From positions 32,001 to 96,000 of the forward strand of contig CBDHHL010000048.1 of NCBI GenBank assembly GCA_965263355.1: a DNA stretch of 64,000 nt, in the 5' to 3' direction. The DNA is from Leptolyngbyaceae cyanobacterium (GTDB lineage Bacteria > Cyanobacteriota > Cyanobacteriia > Phormidesmidales > Phormidesmidaceae). The notes beneath the pieces were generated by a model. It had not been told where the DNA came from. It did no database searches and saw only the letters and a program-made list of their open reading frames with translations. Shown here piece after piece: positions 21,818-33,022 of the stretch. Position 1 is the first letter of the stretch, and every line of letters starts with the position of its first letter. Made by a program: the position numbers and the translations under genes.

Positions 21818-21926
21818 CTAGTAGACTGTCAGGATCTAATTTTCGGATAGGCTAGCCTCAAAATAATTCGTATACAAAGCTTTCGGAAATTATCTGCCTG
21901 AAAATTAAAACTTGGCAGTCTGCTAG
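21818..21926. mobile_element. MITE-like element with CTAG ends
   Basis: Left CTAGTAGACTGTCAGGATCTAATTTTC versus right reverse complement CTAGCAGACTGCCAAGTTTTAATTTTC (22/27). Confidence 0.7.
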
Positions 21927-22124
21927 GGTCATACCACTACTGTTTCCCTAAAGCTATCGATAAATGTTAGAAACTAGGGAAATACAAAGTTTCGTGCAGC
22001 TCGCGACTAAACTGGAAAAAATTGAAACTTCATAGCGGGGATGACAAGTGTTCATAGAGCAATGCCAGATTCTTTGCATCTCACGGCTCCCGATTACTTT
22101 TACTGAAAGCTTCTTTGTGATCCA

Positions 22125-22841
22125 ATGCAAACAATGCCGTCGCCCGTTAAATCAACCTCAAAGCACACACAGTCAGAGTCTGGCAAGGTTTCCAGGCGGC
22201 GATTATTTTCCCTGCTAGCAACTGCAATTGCGGCTAGTAGCTTGGGTATAGCTTTGGGAAGTACCTTACGTTTCCAAGTAGTTCCTGGCAGCCAAGCATC
22301 GTTATTCAAACCACAGCAAGACTTTCCACCATTAGAAGAATGGCCCCCCGAGGTACCTACAACAGGGACTGATAAATTTGATACCAATTGGGATCATGAG
22401 ATACCTCCAAGCCAATTAGTTTATAACGACCATCACAACGCTCCGCCTTACACAGAAGTTGAAAACGCTGAGAATTATGACAGTAGTGAAAACTTCTATG
22501 ATGATGGCCAGGATATTCGTAAAGAAACCTTGGTACCAGAAGCTCCCCCTAGTTCCACATCAGCTATTTTCAGACATGCAGATGGAACTATTACTGACGA
22601 AGTTTCTGATGAGGAAATATCGCCCCCAATGGTTTCAACGATTAGTGGAGAGAGTGACTCCGATGGTAGCAAGACTCCACAATTAGACGATAATAATGTC
22701 TCCCCTGCCTCTGAAACGCCCCATTGGTTTAACAAGCAACCCTTATCAGACTCTCAATTTTCAGACTCCCAATTTACTAATGGTCCTGTTATCAGTTCGC
22801 CTGAAATTTCAATACCTCCATATGATTTACCGTCAGATTAA
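22125..22841 (+). CDS. Hypothetical protein, N-terminal TM/signal and acidic Pro/Ser-rich tail
   Basis: SRRRLF followed by a hydrophobic helix and GSTLRF..QQDFPP, then low complexity. Confidence 0.75.
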   Translation: MQTMPSPVKSTSKHTQSESGKVSRRRLFSLLATAIAASSLGIALGSTLRFQVVPGSQASLFKPQQDFPPLEEWPPEVPTTGTDKFDTNWDHEIPPSQLVYNDHHNAPPYTEVENAENYDSSENFYDDGQDIRKETLVPEAPPSSTSAIFRHADGTITDEVSDEEISPPMVSTISGESDSDGSKTPQLDDNNVSPASETPHWFNKQPLSDSQFSDSQFTNGPVISSPEISIPPYDLPSD

Positions 22842-22961
22842 ATTTAGTTGAGTTAGATTCAAAAAGTTCCAATCACAAAAAATATCTAATGGGTTTAGCT
22901 ATTTGGCCTCAGGTAGTCTTCAACCATAGGTATAATGTCGCTTAGATATTCGTAATCTTTT

Positions 22962-23270
22962 ATGAGCAATCCGACGCTGCAAGCGTTCTTTCTAGGGCGA
23001 GCCTTAGCAACGGCTATTGGCGAAAAAGTTGAAGAGTCAATTACTACTGGTATGAGTGGTGTTGGTCGTTTTGATGCTGAGCAAAGAGAGTGGCTACATC
23101 GATTTGTAGAAGATGTCTTTGAGCAGGCTCAGTCTTCCCAGACAAAGATGTCTTCACAGCTAGAAGGCTCGGATTCAGGTGAAGATTTGCAGGCAACGAT
23201 TGATAATCTGCGCGCTGAAATCGCCCAAGTTCGAGTTGCTCTTCAGCAATATCTTTCTGCTTCTCAATAA
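22962..23270 (+). CDS. DUF6825 family protein
   Basis: AFFLGRALA, RFDAEQRE, DLQATIDNLRAEIA; precedes the ABC1 kinase. Confidence 0.8.
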   Translation: MSNPTLQAFFLGRALATAIGEKVEESITTGMSGVGRFDAEQREWLHRFVEDVFEQAQSSQTKMSSQLEGSDSGEDLQATIDNLRAEIAQVRVALQQYLSASQ

Positions 23271-23359
23271 CTAAGTCCTACGGTTTAATGTGACCATAAG
23301 GTTATTAGTTATTCTCAGGCTCATAGTTCTCAAATATCGCTGGCCATCTAGGAGACTGC

Positions 23360-25195
23360 GTGTCTACAGTTCCCAATACAACCGATCAGCCGTCAATGGG
23401 TGAGTTGCCTAGCAATCCTTCGCTCACCGATTATGGTGTTATCAGCGATGCCCAATTAACGCTGATTGAGGCAGCAACGTCTATATCAGATTCAAAGCAC
23501 CTTGTTGAAAAGCAATTTAATTCCTCAATTGAGAAACGCTACCGCTGGAATCAACGCTACAGTCGTCCAGAACGTTTCGTTGACATTTGGTCATTTTTCC
23601 TAACTTTCTTGGGTAAACGTTGGCTTTACAATAAGTCTTGGAGCTATGCAGGAGGTATTTCTCCTGAGAAACAGACTACCCGGCGACGTGCCCAGGCCCA
23701 ATGGGTTCGGCTGACTTTTCTCAATCTTGGCCCAACGTTTATTAAGTTAGGTCAGTTATTCTCCACCCGCTCTGATTTATTTCCTGCTGAATATGTTGAA
23801 GAGCTTTCTAAGTTACAGGATCAGGTACCAGCATTCAGCTACGAACAAGCTAAAGCCATCATTGAATCTGATTTGGGGCGGCCCGTTGAGGAACTCTACA
23901 AAACATTTGACCCCGTTCCCTTAGCAGCCGCTAGTCTGGGACAGGTACATCGGGCACAACTACATTCTGGGGAAGAAGTCGTTGTTAAAGTTCAGCGGCC
24001 TGGGCTCCAGCGTCTATTTCAAATCGATCTTTCCATTTTGAAAGGTATTGCTCACTATTTTCAGAGCCATCCTGAATGGGGCAGAGGACGAGATTGGATT
24101 GGAATTTATGAGGAATGCTGTCGCATCCTTTGGTTAGAAATTGATTTTCTACATGAAGGTCGCAACGCAGATACATTTCGTCGAAACTTTCGTAATATCG
24201 ATTGGGTCAAAGCTCCCCGTATCTATTGGCGATATGCATCACAGCGCGTACTAACGTTAGAATATTTGCCAGGCATTAAGATTAGTCACTATGAATCTTT
24301 AGAGGCGGCGGGATTGGACCGACAACGATTAGCACAGTTGGGTGCACAAGCCTATCTTCATCAACTGCTCAATGATGGTTTTTTTCATGCAGATCCCCAT
24401 CCTGGCAATATTGCAGTGAATCCTGATGGAGCCCTTATCTTTTATGATTTTGGCATGATGGGTCAAATTCAGCCAATTACCCGCGATGGGCTGATGCGTA
24501 CCTTTATGGGAGTATCACAGCGCAATGCCGATATGGTTATGGCATCCCTAATTGATTTGGGAGCTTTGACAGAAACTGAAGATATGGGGCCTGTGCGCCG
24601 CTCAATTCAGTATATTCTAGACAACTTTATGGACAAGCCTTTTGAAGAGCAGTCCATTAATGCCATCAGTGATGATCTGTATGCTATTGCTTATGATCAA
24701 CCATTTCGATTTCCAGCTACATTTACGTTCGTTATGCGAGCATTTTCTACGTTGGAAGGTGTGGGTAAGGGGTTGGATCCGGACTTTAATTTTATGGAGG
24801 CTGCAAAACCGTTTGCTAATCAGCTTATGACTAATGTCTCTAACTCTTCTAGTAACGGCCTTATTGGTGAAATAGGGCGTCAAGCCGCTCAAGTTGGAAG
24901 TTCGGCATTTGGGCTACCAAGACGCATCGAAGATTCCCTTGACCGCTTGGATCGGGGTGATATCCGTGTGCGTGTGCGCTCTATTGAAACCGACCGAGCA
25001 ATACGACGCCTTAGTAATGTCAACCTGATGACAAACTACACCCTCTTGTTGGGCACGTTTACCATATCAGCTATCCTCCTATTAATTAATCAATTGCCAT
25101 GGGCCGCTTTAGGGATGATGCTACCCGCTCTTGCTTCTGGCATAGCGTTAATTCGTTCCCTGATGCGTCTTGGTCGAGCTGACCGTATGCCATAG
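23360..25195 (+). CDS. ABC1/AarF/UbiB family kinase
   Basis: [42 protein letters not shown]-terminal TM. Confidence 0.93.
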   Translation: MSTVPNTTDQPSMGELPSNPSLTDYGVISDAQLTLIEAATSISDSKHLVEKQFNSSIEKRYRWNQRYSRPERFVDIWSFFLTFLGKRWLYNKSWSYAGGISPEKQTTRRRAQAQWVRLTFLNLGPTFIKLGQLFSTRSDLFPAEYVEELSKLQDQVPAFSYEQAKAIIESDLGRPVEELYKTFDPVPLAAASLGQVHRAQLHSGEEVVVKVQRPGLQRLFQIDLSILKGIAHYFQSHPEWGRGRDWIGIYEECCRILWLEIDFLHEGRNADTFRRNFRNIDWVKAPRIYWRYASQRVLTLEYLPGIKISHYESLEAAGLDRQRLAQLGAQAYLHQLLNDGFFHADPHPGNIAVNPDGALIFYDFGMMGQIQPITRDGLMRTFMGVSQRNADMVMASLIDLGALTETEDMGPVRRSIQYILDNFMDKPFEEQSINAISDDLYAIAYDQPFRFPATFTFVMRAFSTLEGVGKGLDPDFNFMEAAKPFANQLMTNVSNSSSNGLIGEIGRQAAQVGSSAFGLPRRIEDSLDRLDRGDIRVRVRSIETDRAIRRLSNVNLMTNYTLLLGTFTISAILLLINQLPWAALGMMLPALASGIALIRSLMRLGRADRMP

Positions 25196-25206
25196 TTTCC
25201 CCTTGT

Positions 25207-25953
25207 ATGCCTAAATGCTTTATGCAACGCTTTTTTGCTGGTTTAACAGATCCAGGATTACTAAGGACTAGTAATCAAGATGCTTATTATCTGGACGATT
25301 TAGGCCGGTTTTTTGTGGTTGCAGATGGCATGGGTGGTCATGCTGGTGGTCAAGAAGCAAGTCGTTTAGCCACGGAAGCAATTTACCAGTATCTGGATAA
25401 TCATTGGGAGAGCCCAGAAGCTCCAGATGTCATGCTACGAAAGGCTTTTATTGCAGCCAATGACGCTATTCTAAAAGACCAGTATCACCATCCTGAACGA
25501 GCAGATATGGGAACAACCGCCGTAGCTGTCATGTTTAGAGGCCATGACCAGCGACCCTGGTGTGCCCACGTTGGCGATTCTCGTCTCTACCGTTTACGAG
25601 GTGCTAGACTCGATCAGATTACGACCGATCACACCTGGGTTGCAAAGGCTATCGAAGAGGGTGAACTCACTCTAGATGAATCAAAACACCATCCCTGGCG
25701 ACATGTACTGTCCCAATGCTTAGGGCGAGAGGATTTAAACCGCATTGATATTCAGTCGCTGGATGTATCAGGAGGAGATCGTTTGCTTTTATGCAGCGAC
25801 GGTTTGACTGAGGAACTTTCCGATCCCCTGATTGCCACTCATTTAAAGAGCATCCGTTCGTGTCCAACAGCGGTTGAATCGCTAGTCGATGCGGCTAAAC
25901 AACGGGGAGGTCGAGACAATATTACGGTAGTAGTTGTAGCCTTTCAAGATTAA
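25207..25953 (+). CDS. pphA: PP2C-type Ser/Thr phosphatase (PphA-like)
   Basis: NQDA, VADGMGG, MGTT, HVGDSR, LCSDGL, GRDNIT. Confidence 0.88.
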   Translation: MPKCFMQRFFAGLTDPGLLRTSNQDAYYLDDLGRFFVVADGMGGHAGGQEASRLATEAIYQYLDNHWESPEAPDVMLRKAFIAANDAILKDQYHHPERADMGTTAVAVMFRGHDQRPWCAHVGDSRLYRLRGARLDQITTDHTWVAKAIEEGELTLDESKHHPWRHVLSQCLGREDLNRIDIQSLDVSGGDRLLLCSDGLTEELSDPLIATHLKSIRSCPTAVESLVDAAKQRGGRDNITVVVVAFQD

Positions 25954-25995
25954 TTAATCCCAATTTCGTAAGTGATGAGGGTGGAGTAGAGCTGG

Positions 25996-26865
25996 ATGTT
26001 TAAATGCGCGCTAGTCTGTACTGATTTTGAGGATAGTCTGCAACGACTGATCAGGTTTGTACCTGATTTGCTTCAGTCTGGCCTAAAAAAGGTTATTTTT
26101 TTCCATAATGTTGCACTGACAACCGAGCGTGAAATTCCGAAAGTCAATGAGCAAGCCATTACTCAGGCAAAATATCGACTCGCTGATGCCAGTAATGCTC
26201 TATTACCTGAAGGCAAATCAGTTGTGATTGATGTTCGTTCAGGACGTGTCATTGACAATATCGAAAAGGCAGCACGCTGCCACCATGCCGATGTGATCTT
26301 CCTAGGAACCCCTACTCGTTCCTTACTCACAGAAAAAATCTTTGGCAGCACGACAACTGGAATTGCAAACCAACTTGATATACCACTAGTGATTTTGCGC
26401 CCCCAACTAGTATCCACTTATCGAGAACGAGAGTTAGCCTTGCGTTGCAAAACTCTATTTAGCCATCTTTTGTTGCCCTATGATGGCAGCAATAGTGCGA
26501 AGTACTTAGCTTCGCAGATTAAAGTCGCTGCGACCATGAATGGTTATCCGCAGCAATGCACGCTTTGCTGGGTTATAGATGAGTGTATTCGAATAGAACT
26601 ACGAGAATCTGAAGAACAAGCGCAGGCAATGCTTAATGAAATAAAGACAGATTTGGAAACTGTAGGTATAGAAATTTTTACTGAAATTCGTCAAGGCGAT
26701 CCATTACCTGAAGTCTTGAAATCTGCAGAAGTTAATGATATTTCTGCGATCGCAATTTGTTCAGGCAAATCCAAAGGAATCTTGAAATGGTCGGTCCCCA
26801 GTTTTACTAATGCCTTATTACGCTCCAGCTGGCATCCCGTAATTCACTTTCCCCGATCTACTTGA
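25996..26865 (+). CDS. Universal stress protein (tandem USP domains)
   Basis: VCTDF, KIFGSTT..IPLVILRP, LPYDGS. Confidence 0.88.
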   Translation: MFKCALVCTDFEDSLQRLIRFVPDLLQSGLKKVIFFHNVALTTEREIPKVNEQAITQAKYRLADASNALLPEGKSVVIDVRSGRVIDNIEKAARCHHADVIFLGTPTRSLLTEKIFGSTTTGIANQLDIPLVILRPQLVSTYRERELALRCKTLFSHLLLPYDGSNSAKYLASQIKVAATMNGYPQQCTLCWVIDECIRIELRESEEQAQAMLNEIKTDLETVGIEIFTEIRQGDPLPEVLKSAEVNDISAIAICSGKSKGILKWSVPSFTNALLRSSWHPVIHFPRST

Positions 26866-26946
26866 ACTCAGTATTGAGCAAGCTCAAAATTTTGGGTAGG
26901 GCAGCGAATCGTAAATCGTGAGTAGTGCTAATTTTTGTTCAGTGCA

Positions 26947-28467
26947 TTAGCTATCGGAATGCATAGCTTGGAAACCCAACAACATTTGAGGCTTCAAATT
27001 ATCATTCAGCTCTTTTCGGAGAACTTTCTTACTATCCTGAGGGCTACCTACTGGTACAATGGTGCGTCCTATCAGGACCCACTCCTTAAGCAGTTTTCTC
27101 TGAGGTAAGGCAATATGTAAACGACGAAAGTTTACAAACTGATTGGGCGCTTCTTTAGAGAAAAATAAGGTTCGATACGCTCCTGTTTCTCCTAGCTGCC
27201 AAATCAGTTTTTGGTTACCTTTGTTTTTAAGATCAAGATAGCTTGACAACCATTTTGCACCATTGACCTTACTATAGAAAGCTGTCAGCCACAGCACCAT
27301 CGGATAAGGATTGCGAACACACAAAAAGTTGTTAGCACTGGTATTACCAATTCGTTGCTCAATTTCTTGAATTCTTAACATAGCCCACAATGTCGGCACT
27401 TGACGGTTGCTCATCGTCAACAGCTTAGGAAAAGTAATCTCAGCAATCGGAGTATCTTTTGGCCATACCTGTAATCGACAAAACCGATCTTCCTCAGAAT
27501 CACTAGGAGGTTCCGGTCTTGGAACAACCGGTAATTGCTGAAGCGTTCCCCTAATCTGTTTACCCAAATCAATCGAACGACCAAATCGATTCTCTAACGG
27601 TGCTAGATTCTCCAAAAGGTTGGTAACACTGCTGGGGCGTTGAGACCGCTCCTTGGACAAGCAACTGATGATCGTATCCTTAAGCAGCCTAGGCAACGCC
27701 CCATAGGGGGATAATCCATCTAAAGGAATAGGAGCTTGAGTACGATGGGCTTTATACCAACCGCCAAATGTATTATTGTTAGGACGTAAAGGCAAAGATC
27801 CGGTCAGCATTTGATACATCATGACACCCAAACTATAGATGTCAGAACGCCTATCAAGTTCTTGGCCCTCCATTTGCTCTGGCGACGCATAGGCCAATGT
27901 GCCCATAAAACTGCTAGTTTGTTCGCCGTTATCAGTTTGCATAAATTTAGCAATGCCAAAATCTAAAATCTTGACAAGCTCCCCAACACTAGCACTTTGG
28001 GTGACAAGAATATTGCTGGGTTTAATATCCCGATGAATAATCGGAACAACCTGACCATTTAGAATAATCCCCTTGTGTGCAGTCTCCAATCCCAAACAAA
28101 TTTGGCGAGTAAAGTCGAGAAATCGCGGAATTGGTAAAGGTGTTGGATGGATTACCTGACCGAGGTTTTTCCCCTTAAGATACTCCATGACATAAAAGGG
28201 AATCTCATCATCGGTCACTCCATAATCCGTAACTCTGACAACATGCATACTATTATTACCAAGCTGAGCGCAAGTCATGGCTTCACGCATAAACCGCTGG
28301 GTCATCTTCTTACTCAGCAAGGTTTGAGCCAGAAACTTGACTGCAACAGGAACACCTCCCAAGAGCATATCTTCAGCCAGATAGACCTTACCCATAGAAC
28401 CTTGACCGATGGATTCCATCAGTTCATAACGATTGGCAAGTCTACGACCAAAGTTATTATCTGTCAT
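26947..28467 (-). CDS. Hanks-type Ser/Thr protein kinase (paralog 1)
   Basis: GQGSMG, VAVK, HRDIKPSN, DFG, SPE, DIYSLG; soluble C-terminal domain. Confidence 0.95.
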   Translation of the reverse strand: MTDNNFGRRLANRYELMESIGQGSMGKVYLAEDMLLGGVPVAVKFLAQTLLSKKMTQRFMREAMTCAQLGNNSMHVVRVTDYGVTDDEIPFYVMEYLKGKNLGQVIHPTPLPIPRFLDFTRQICLGLETAHKGIILNGQVVPIIHRDIKPSNILVTQSASVGELVKILDFGIAKFMQTDNGEQTSSFMGTLAYASPEQMEGQELDRRSDIYSLGVMMYQMLTGSLPLRPNNNTFGGWYKAHRTQAPIPLDGLSPYGALPRLLKDTIISCLSKERSQRPSSVTNLLENLAPLENRFGRSIDLGKQIRGTLQQLPVVPRPEPPSDSEEDRFCRLQVWPKDTPIAEITFPKLLTMSNRQVPTLWAMLRIQEIEQRIGNTSANNFLCVRNPYPMVLWLTAFYSKVNGAKWLSSYLDLKNKGNQKLIWQLGETGAYRTLFFSKEAPNQFVNFRRLHIALPQRKLLKEWVLIGRTIVPVGSPQDSKKVLRKELNDNLKPQMLLGFQAMHSDS

Positions 28468-28751
28468 CTAACGCTGCGGTGCTAAGCCAATAATACATAG
28501 CGTTGGTCCCATTGCTGAGGGCAGAGAAATTTATTAGTTCCCCCAGCGCCAAGAGTCATAAAATCGTTCAATTTTTAGTATCCAGATATTCACCATATCC
28601 ACTACTTGCTCAAAGGTCTAGCGCGTCAACGCTACATGTCTATCCTGTCAGAGCGAAGCATACTGTAACCTTCTTAAAATACCCGCGTTAATCTAGGGAA
28701 GCCCATGGTTAAATCTAGGCTTTCCTAACTAAATAGAAACCGTTCAAGCAA

Positions 28752-30197
28752 TCACCAAAGCATTTGAGGCTTTAGATTACTATTCAATTCTTTTCTCAAC
28801 ATATTTTTACTGTTTTGAGAACTGCCTACCGAAATGGTCGTACGAGCCCTTAAAACCCATTCCTTAAGCAGTTTTCGCTGAGGCGGCGCAATATGTAAAC
28901 GACGGGAGGCCACAAACTTGTTGGGGGTTTCTTTGGAAAAGAATAATATTCGATAATTACTATTTTCTCCTAAGTGCCAGATAATTTTTCCATGGTTAGG
29001 ATTTTTAAGATCCAGATAACTGGATAACCAGCGAGGGCCATGTACTTTACTATGCAATGCTGTCACCCATAAAATCATAGGATGGGGATTGAGAGTACAT
29101 AAAAAATTGTTATAGCCCGTATTACCAGCACGCTGTTCAATTTCTTGAGCAGAAAGCATTACCCAAAGTGTAGGCAACTGGCGCCCCCCCATAGTAAGGA
29201 GTTTAGGAAAAACAATCTCAGCAATCGGCTTATCCTGGGGCCATACTTGCTGTCGATAAAAGCGATCTTCCTTAGACTCCGGAGGGCTTTGAGGCGCTAT
29301 GGGAGGTCTTGGAACAAGTGGAATAACTCCCTCAAAATGAGCAAGTAGCTGACTTACATCGCTGGGACGTTGGGAACGATCTTTAGCCAAGCAACTCATC
29401 ACAGCATCTTTTAACCGCTTAGGCAGCTCACCATAGGGGGATAATCCATCTAACGGCGTGGGGTCTTGAGAACGATGGGCTTTATACCAGCTACCAAAGG
29501 TATTACTATTAGGACGTAAGGGCAAAGAACCGGTTAACATTTGATACATCATGACACCCAAACTGTAGATGTCAGAGCGATTATCTAGCTCTTGCCCTTC
29601 AATCTGCTCTGGTGAAGCATAGGCCAAGGTGCCTAAAAAACTACTGGTCTGATCGCTGATACCAGCCTGATTGAGTTTTGCAATGCCAAAATCTAAAATT
29701 TTGACAAGCTCTCCTACACTGGCACTTTGGGTCACGAGGATATTGCTGGGTTTAATGTCCCGATGAATAATAGGAATAACCTGATTATCGAGAATAATTC
29801 CCTTATGAGCTGTCTGTAAACCTAAACAGATTTGCCGAATAAAGTCGAGAAACCGTCTAACTGGCAAAGGGTGTGACTGAATTACCTGGCCGAGATTTTC
29901 TCCCTTGAGATACTCCATGACATAAAAGGGAATTTCGTCATCGGTTACCCCGTAGTCCGTAACTCTAACAACATGAATACTATTGTTTCCTAACTGAGCA
30001 CAGGTCATAGCCTCATGCATAAACCGCTGGGTCATTTGCTCATTTAGCAGAGCTTGAGCAAGAAACTTGACAGCAACAAGGACCCCTCCTAATAGCGTAT
30101 CTTTGGCCAAATAGACCTTTCCCATGGAACCTTGACCAATGGAGTCCATGATTTCATAGCGATTAGCAAGTCTAAGACCGAGGTTATTGTCTGTCAT
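28752..30197 (-). CDS. Hanks-type Ser/Thr protein kinase (paralog 2)
   Basis: Same motifs; closely similar to 26947-28467 over its full length. Confidence 0.95.
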   Translation of the reverse strand: MTDNNLGLRLANRYEIMDSIGQGSMGKVYLAKDTLLGGVLVAVKFLAQALLNEQMTQRFMHEAMTCAQLGNNSIHVVRVTDYGVTDDEIPFYVMEYLKGENLGQVIQSHPLPVRRFLDFIRQICLGLQTAHKGIILDNQVIPIIHRDIKPSNILVTQSASVGELVKILDFGIAKLNQAGISDQTSSFLGTLAYASPEQIEGQELDNRSDIYSLGVMMYQMLTGSLPLRPNSNTFGSWYKAHRSQDPTPLDGLSPYGELPKRLKDAVMSCLAKDRSQRPSDVSQLLAHFEGVIPLVPRPPIAPQSPPESKEDRFYRQQVWPQDKPIAEIVFPKLLTMGGRQLPTLWVMLSAQEIEQRAGNTGYNNFLCTLNPHPMILWVTALHSKVHGPRWLSSYLDLKNPNHGKIIWHLGENSNYRILFFSKETPNKFVASRRLHIAPPQRKLLKEWVLRARTTISVGSSQNSKNMLRKELNSNLKPQMLW

Positions 30198-30463
30198 TTA
30201 ACGCTACAGTTCTAAACCAACAATATAGCCAGTGGCTATCATTGGGAGGTTGATAGCAAATAAGAATATCAATCAAGCTAATTAGACTTTCGTCCTCATC
30301 TCAATCCTAGAAAAAAGCAACAGGTTACTAGCTGCGATCCTTGAAAATATGGTGACATTGTTAACCTATATACATAAATACTTCCCTATGCATAATTGGC
30401 CAGGGTGAAATGACAGTTACTTATGAAATAGCCTAAATATTTTAGTGAAATAAGCTAAGTATT

Positions 30464-30910
30464 TTAGCCATGATGGCGCTCGACAACGGCTTCCATAGTA
30501 CTGGTCAGATGATGACCAGCCATAATACCGCCAGAGAAATGATATCGATTTGGGCTCAGGCGATAGAGAGTTTCAAACCCGGTACGCATATGTCTATCCT
30601 TCAGTGCCCAATATTGTTGAACAATTGAATCGGGTGCAATCCACCCCTCACCTTCTACTCGTCCAAGCACACTATGTTGGAGCACGAAAGTATATTGGCG
30701 ATCACCCTTGACAATACGCCCTTTGTACTGAAGGGCAATGTCATCCTTTTCTCCATTAGGGAAAATGAGCTTGGTAACCATAGTGAACCAGTCATTACTA
30801 TTCCAGGCAACTAAGGTTTTGCCTTTAACGGTCACAGGGAGTAAATCCCTAGCTAACCAACTACCTTGAAGGATCCAGCGTCCTGGCTCAATCAAAAAAC
30901 TGTGGCTCAC
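30464..30910 (-). CDS. Hypothetical protein (beta-rich)
   Basis: 148-aa ORF, GTG start with GGAG RBS. Confidence 0.8.
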   Translation of the reverse strand: MSHSFLIEPGRWILQGSWLARDLLPVTVKGKTLVAWNSNDWFTMVTKLIFPNGEKDDIALQYKGRIVKGDRQYTFVLQHSVLGRVEGEGWIAPDSIVQQYWALKDRHMRTGFETLYRLSPNRYHFSGGIMAGHHLTSTMEAVVERHHG

Positions 30911-31120
30911 GTGTTCTCCCTAATGATTTCATGACAATTCATATATGGAACTATCAAGCATTTATGAATAGTAGATTTGGGGCGTTTAACTTTGCAAAGA
31001 CAAGCGCTTGCCTATGGTCTAGGCCTTATAAAGGTATGCCCAATAGCATGGATTAATAACTTTGACCATTGGTATCGTTACCCCTTACATCTTTGTATTA
31101 CCTAAAGCTTTTGTTGATTG

Positions 31121-32257
31121 TTAACGGCTACTGTCCACTGCATAGATATGCCCTAGCAAACAGGGCTTACAAGCCCCAGTAACTGCAGGGAAATTACCGG
31201 GGTGTTGATGCCAACGCCAATATCCCAAGATGGCAAAAGCAATCGCTTCTTTGAAGCTGCTATCAAGGCCTGCATCATCAGTGGTCAGTAGGGCGACACG
31301 GGGCAATCTGGCTTGAATTTGAGATCGCAAATACCCGTTTTGACTACCACCACCACAAAGCAAGACTTGATCAGGTAACTGTGGCAGCTGCCGATAACTT
31401 GCAGCCATGGTAGCGGCCGTGAACGCGGTCAAGGTTGCCAAAAAGTCAGTCTGACTCAGGTTAAGCGCTTGCGCCTCTTGCCAACAACGCTGACTGTAGT
31501 CAGCACCAAATAGTTCCCGGCCAGTAGACTTAGGTGGTAGCTGCCGAAAAAATGGTTGGGCTAACCACTGGTCTATTAGCTCTTGACATGGAATACCTTG
31601 AGCTGCCCAACTACCATTTTCATCATAGGTCAGCTTGCCGTCACTAAATACGGACACCGCCCAATCAATTAAAGCATTTCCAGGCCCTGTATCCCAGCCA
31701 ACGATCCCTGACGGTGGAGCCTCTGTCCTATCCCAAGGGGGCAAATACGTAAGATTGCCAATGCCACCAATATTTTGTACGCAACGGTGGTAGTGAGGAT
31801 GGCTAAGGAGGCTCATATCCACTGGCGACACCAAAGGTGCTCCTTGCCCCCCAGCGGCAATATCGGCATGGCGAAAATTACTGATGGTCACAGTTTGGGT
31901 AAGTTTGGCAATCAGATCGCCTCGCCCCAATTGCCAGCTATAGCCTAAATGGTTTGTTGTTGGGGGACGATGATAGATTGTCTGTCCATGGGAGGCGATC
32001 AGATCAGACTTACCGAGATCATTAGCAGCCTGCGCAAAAGCGATCGCAATTTCGTCATCCATACCAGCAATGTCTACCATCGCCAAGGGATCACCGCTAC
32101 ACGTTGCTAGGATGCGATCGCGTAACTCAAATGAGTAATCAACCGTACGAGTCGCTAGCACATCAATTTGAATGTCATAGCCCTGACCTGTCACCTCCAC
32201 CAAAGCCGCATCAATCCCATCAACAGAGGTGCCACTCATCAGACCAGTGACTTTCAT
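31121..32257 (-). CDS. anmK: Anhydro-N-acetylmuramic acid kinase
   Basis: GLMSGTSVDG, SHGQT, GGQGAPL, NIGGIGN, DTGPGN, KEAIAFA. Confidence 0.95.
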   Translation of the reverse strand: MKVTGLMSGTSVDGIDAALVEVTGQGYDIQIDVLATRTVDYSFELRDRILATCSGDPLAMVDIAGMDDEIAIAFAQAANDLGKSDLIASHGQTIYHRPPTTNHLGYSWQLGRGDLIAKLTQTVTISNFRHADIAAGGQGAPLVSPVDMSLLSHPHYHRCVQNIGGIGNLTYLPPWDRTEAPPSGIVGWDTGPGNALIDWAVSVFSDGKLTYDENGSWAAQGIPCQELIDQWLAQPFFRQLPPKSTGRELFGADYSQRCWQEAQALNLSQTDFLATLTAFTAATMAASYRQLPQLPDQVLLCGGGSQNGYLRSQIQARLPRVALLTTDDAGLDSSFKEAIAFAILGYWRWHQHPGNFPAVTGACKPCLLGHIYAVDSSR

Positions 32258-32317
32258 ACTTTTCACCTAACTATAAGCTACCCAAAGCCATACAAATGAG
32301 TGAGGGCAACGTCCCCC

Positions 32318-33022
32318 TCACATTGGCAATTTATCAATGCCATTATTTGAGCCCACCACTACCATTAGAGTGCCAGCCCTAAGCCTAGTAACTGGACTAG
32401 GATTAATATCAAACTTATCCATGGCATTTTCTTTACTGATAGCCATCAAAGTCAGTCCGTAGTGGTTACGTAAATCTAATTCCACAATAGTCTTACCATC
32501 AAATTCTTGGGGCACAACCACCTCTACTATGCTGTGATCAGGGTCAAGCTCAAACCGATCAAGTACACCTGGACGAGTTAAAGAACGAGCCAATTCACAA
32601 CCCATTTCAAATTCTGGAAACACGACATGGTCAGCTCCCACTCGTTGGAGGAGTTTGCCATGAATTTCCGTAGAGGCTTTAGCTACCACATTAGCAACAC
32701 CAGCTTCTTTCACATTAAGCGTTGTGATAATACTCTCTTGAATGTAATTACCGATGGCAACGATCACCGTATCAAAATCAGGAATACCTGCCTCCTGTAG
32801 GGCTGAAGGCTGAGTAGAATCCAGTTGCACAGCATGAGCTGCTATCTGATCCGTCAATACTTGAGCGACCCGATTTTCATCAGAATCAATCCCTAAAACC
32901 TCATAGCCCATGCCATGAAGCGTCAAACAAACAGCCCTGCCAAAACGCCCCAAACCAATAACGGCAAATTGACGATTGTTAGCACGGAGATTCCTAAAGA
33001 ATTTTAGCGACGATAAGTTCAC
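32318..33022 (-). CDS. trkA: TrkA/KtrA potassium uptake NAD-binding subunit
   Basis: GLGRFG RCK_N plus RCK_C domain. Confidence 0.9.
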   Translation of the reverse strand: MNLSSLKFFRNLRANNRQFAVIGLGRFGRAVCLTLHGMGYEVLGIDSDENRVAQVLTDQIAAHAVQLDSTQPSALQEAGIPDFDTVIVAIGNYIQESIITTLNVKEAGVANVVAKASTEIHGKLLQRVGADHVVFPEFEMGCELARSLTRPGVLDRFELDPDHSIVEVVVPQEFDGKTIVELDLRNHYGLTLMAISKENAMDKFDINPSPVTRLRAGTLMVVVGSNNGIDKLPM

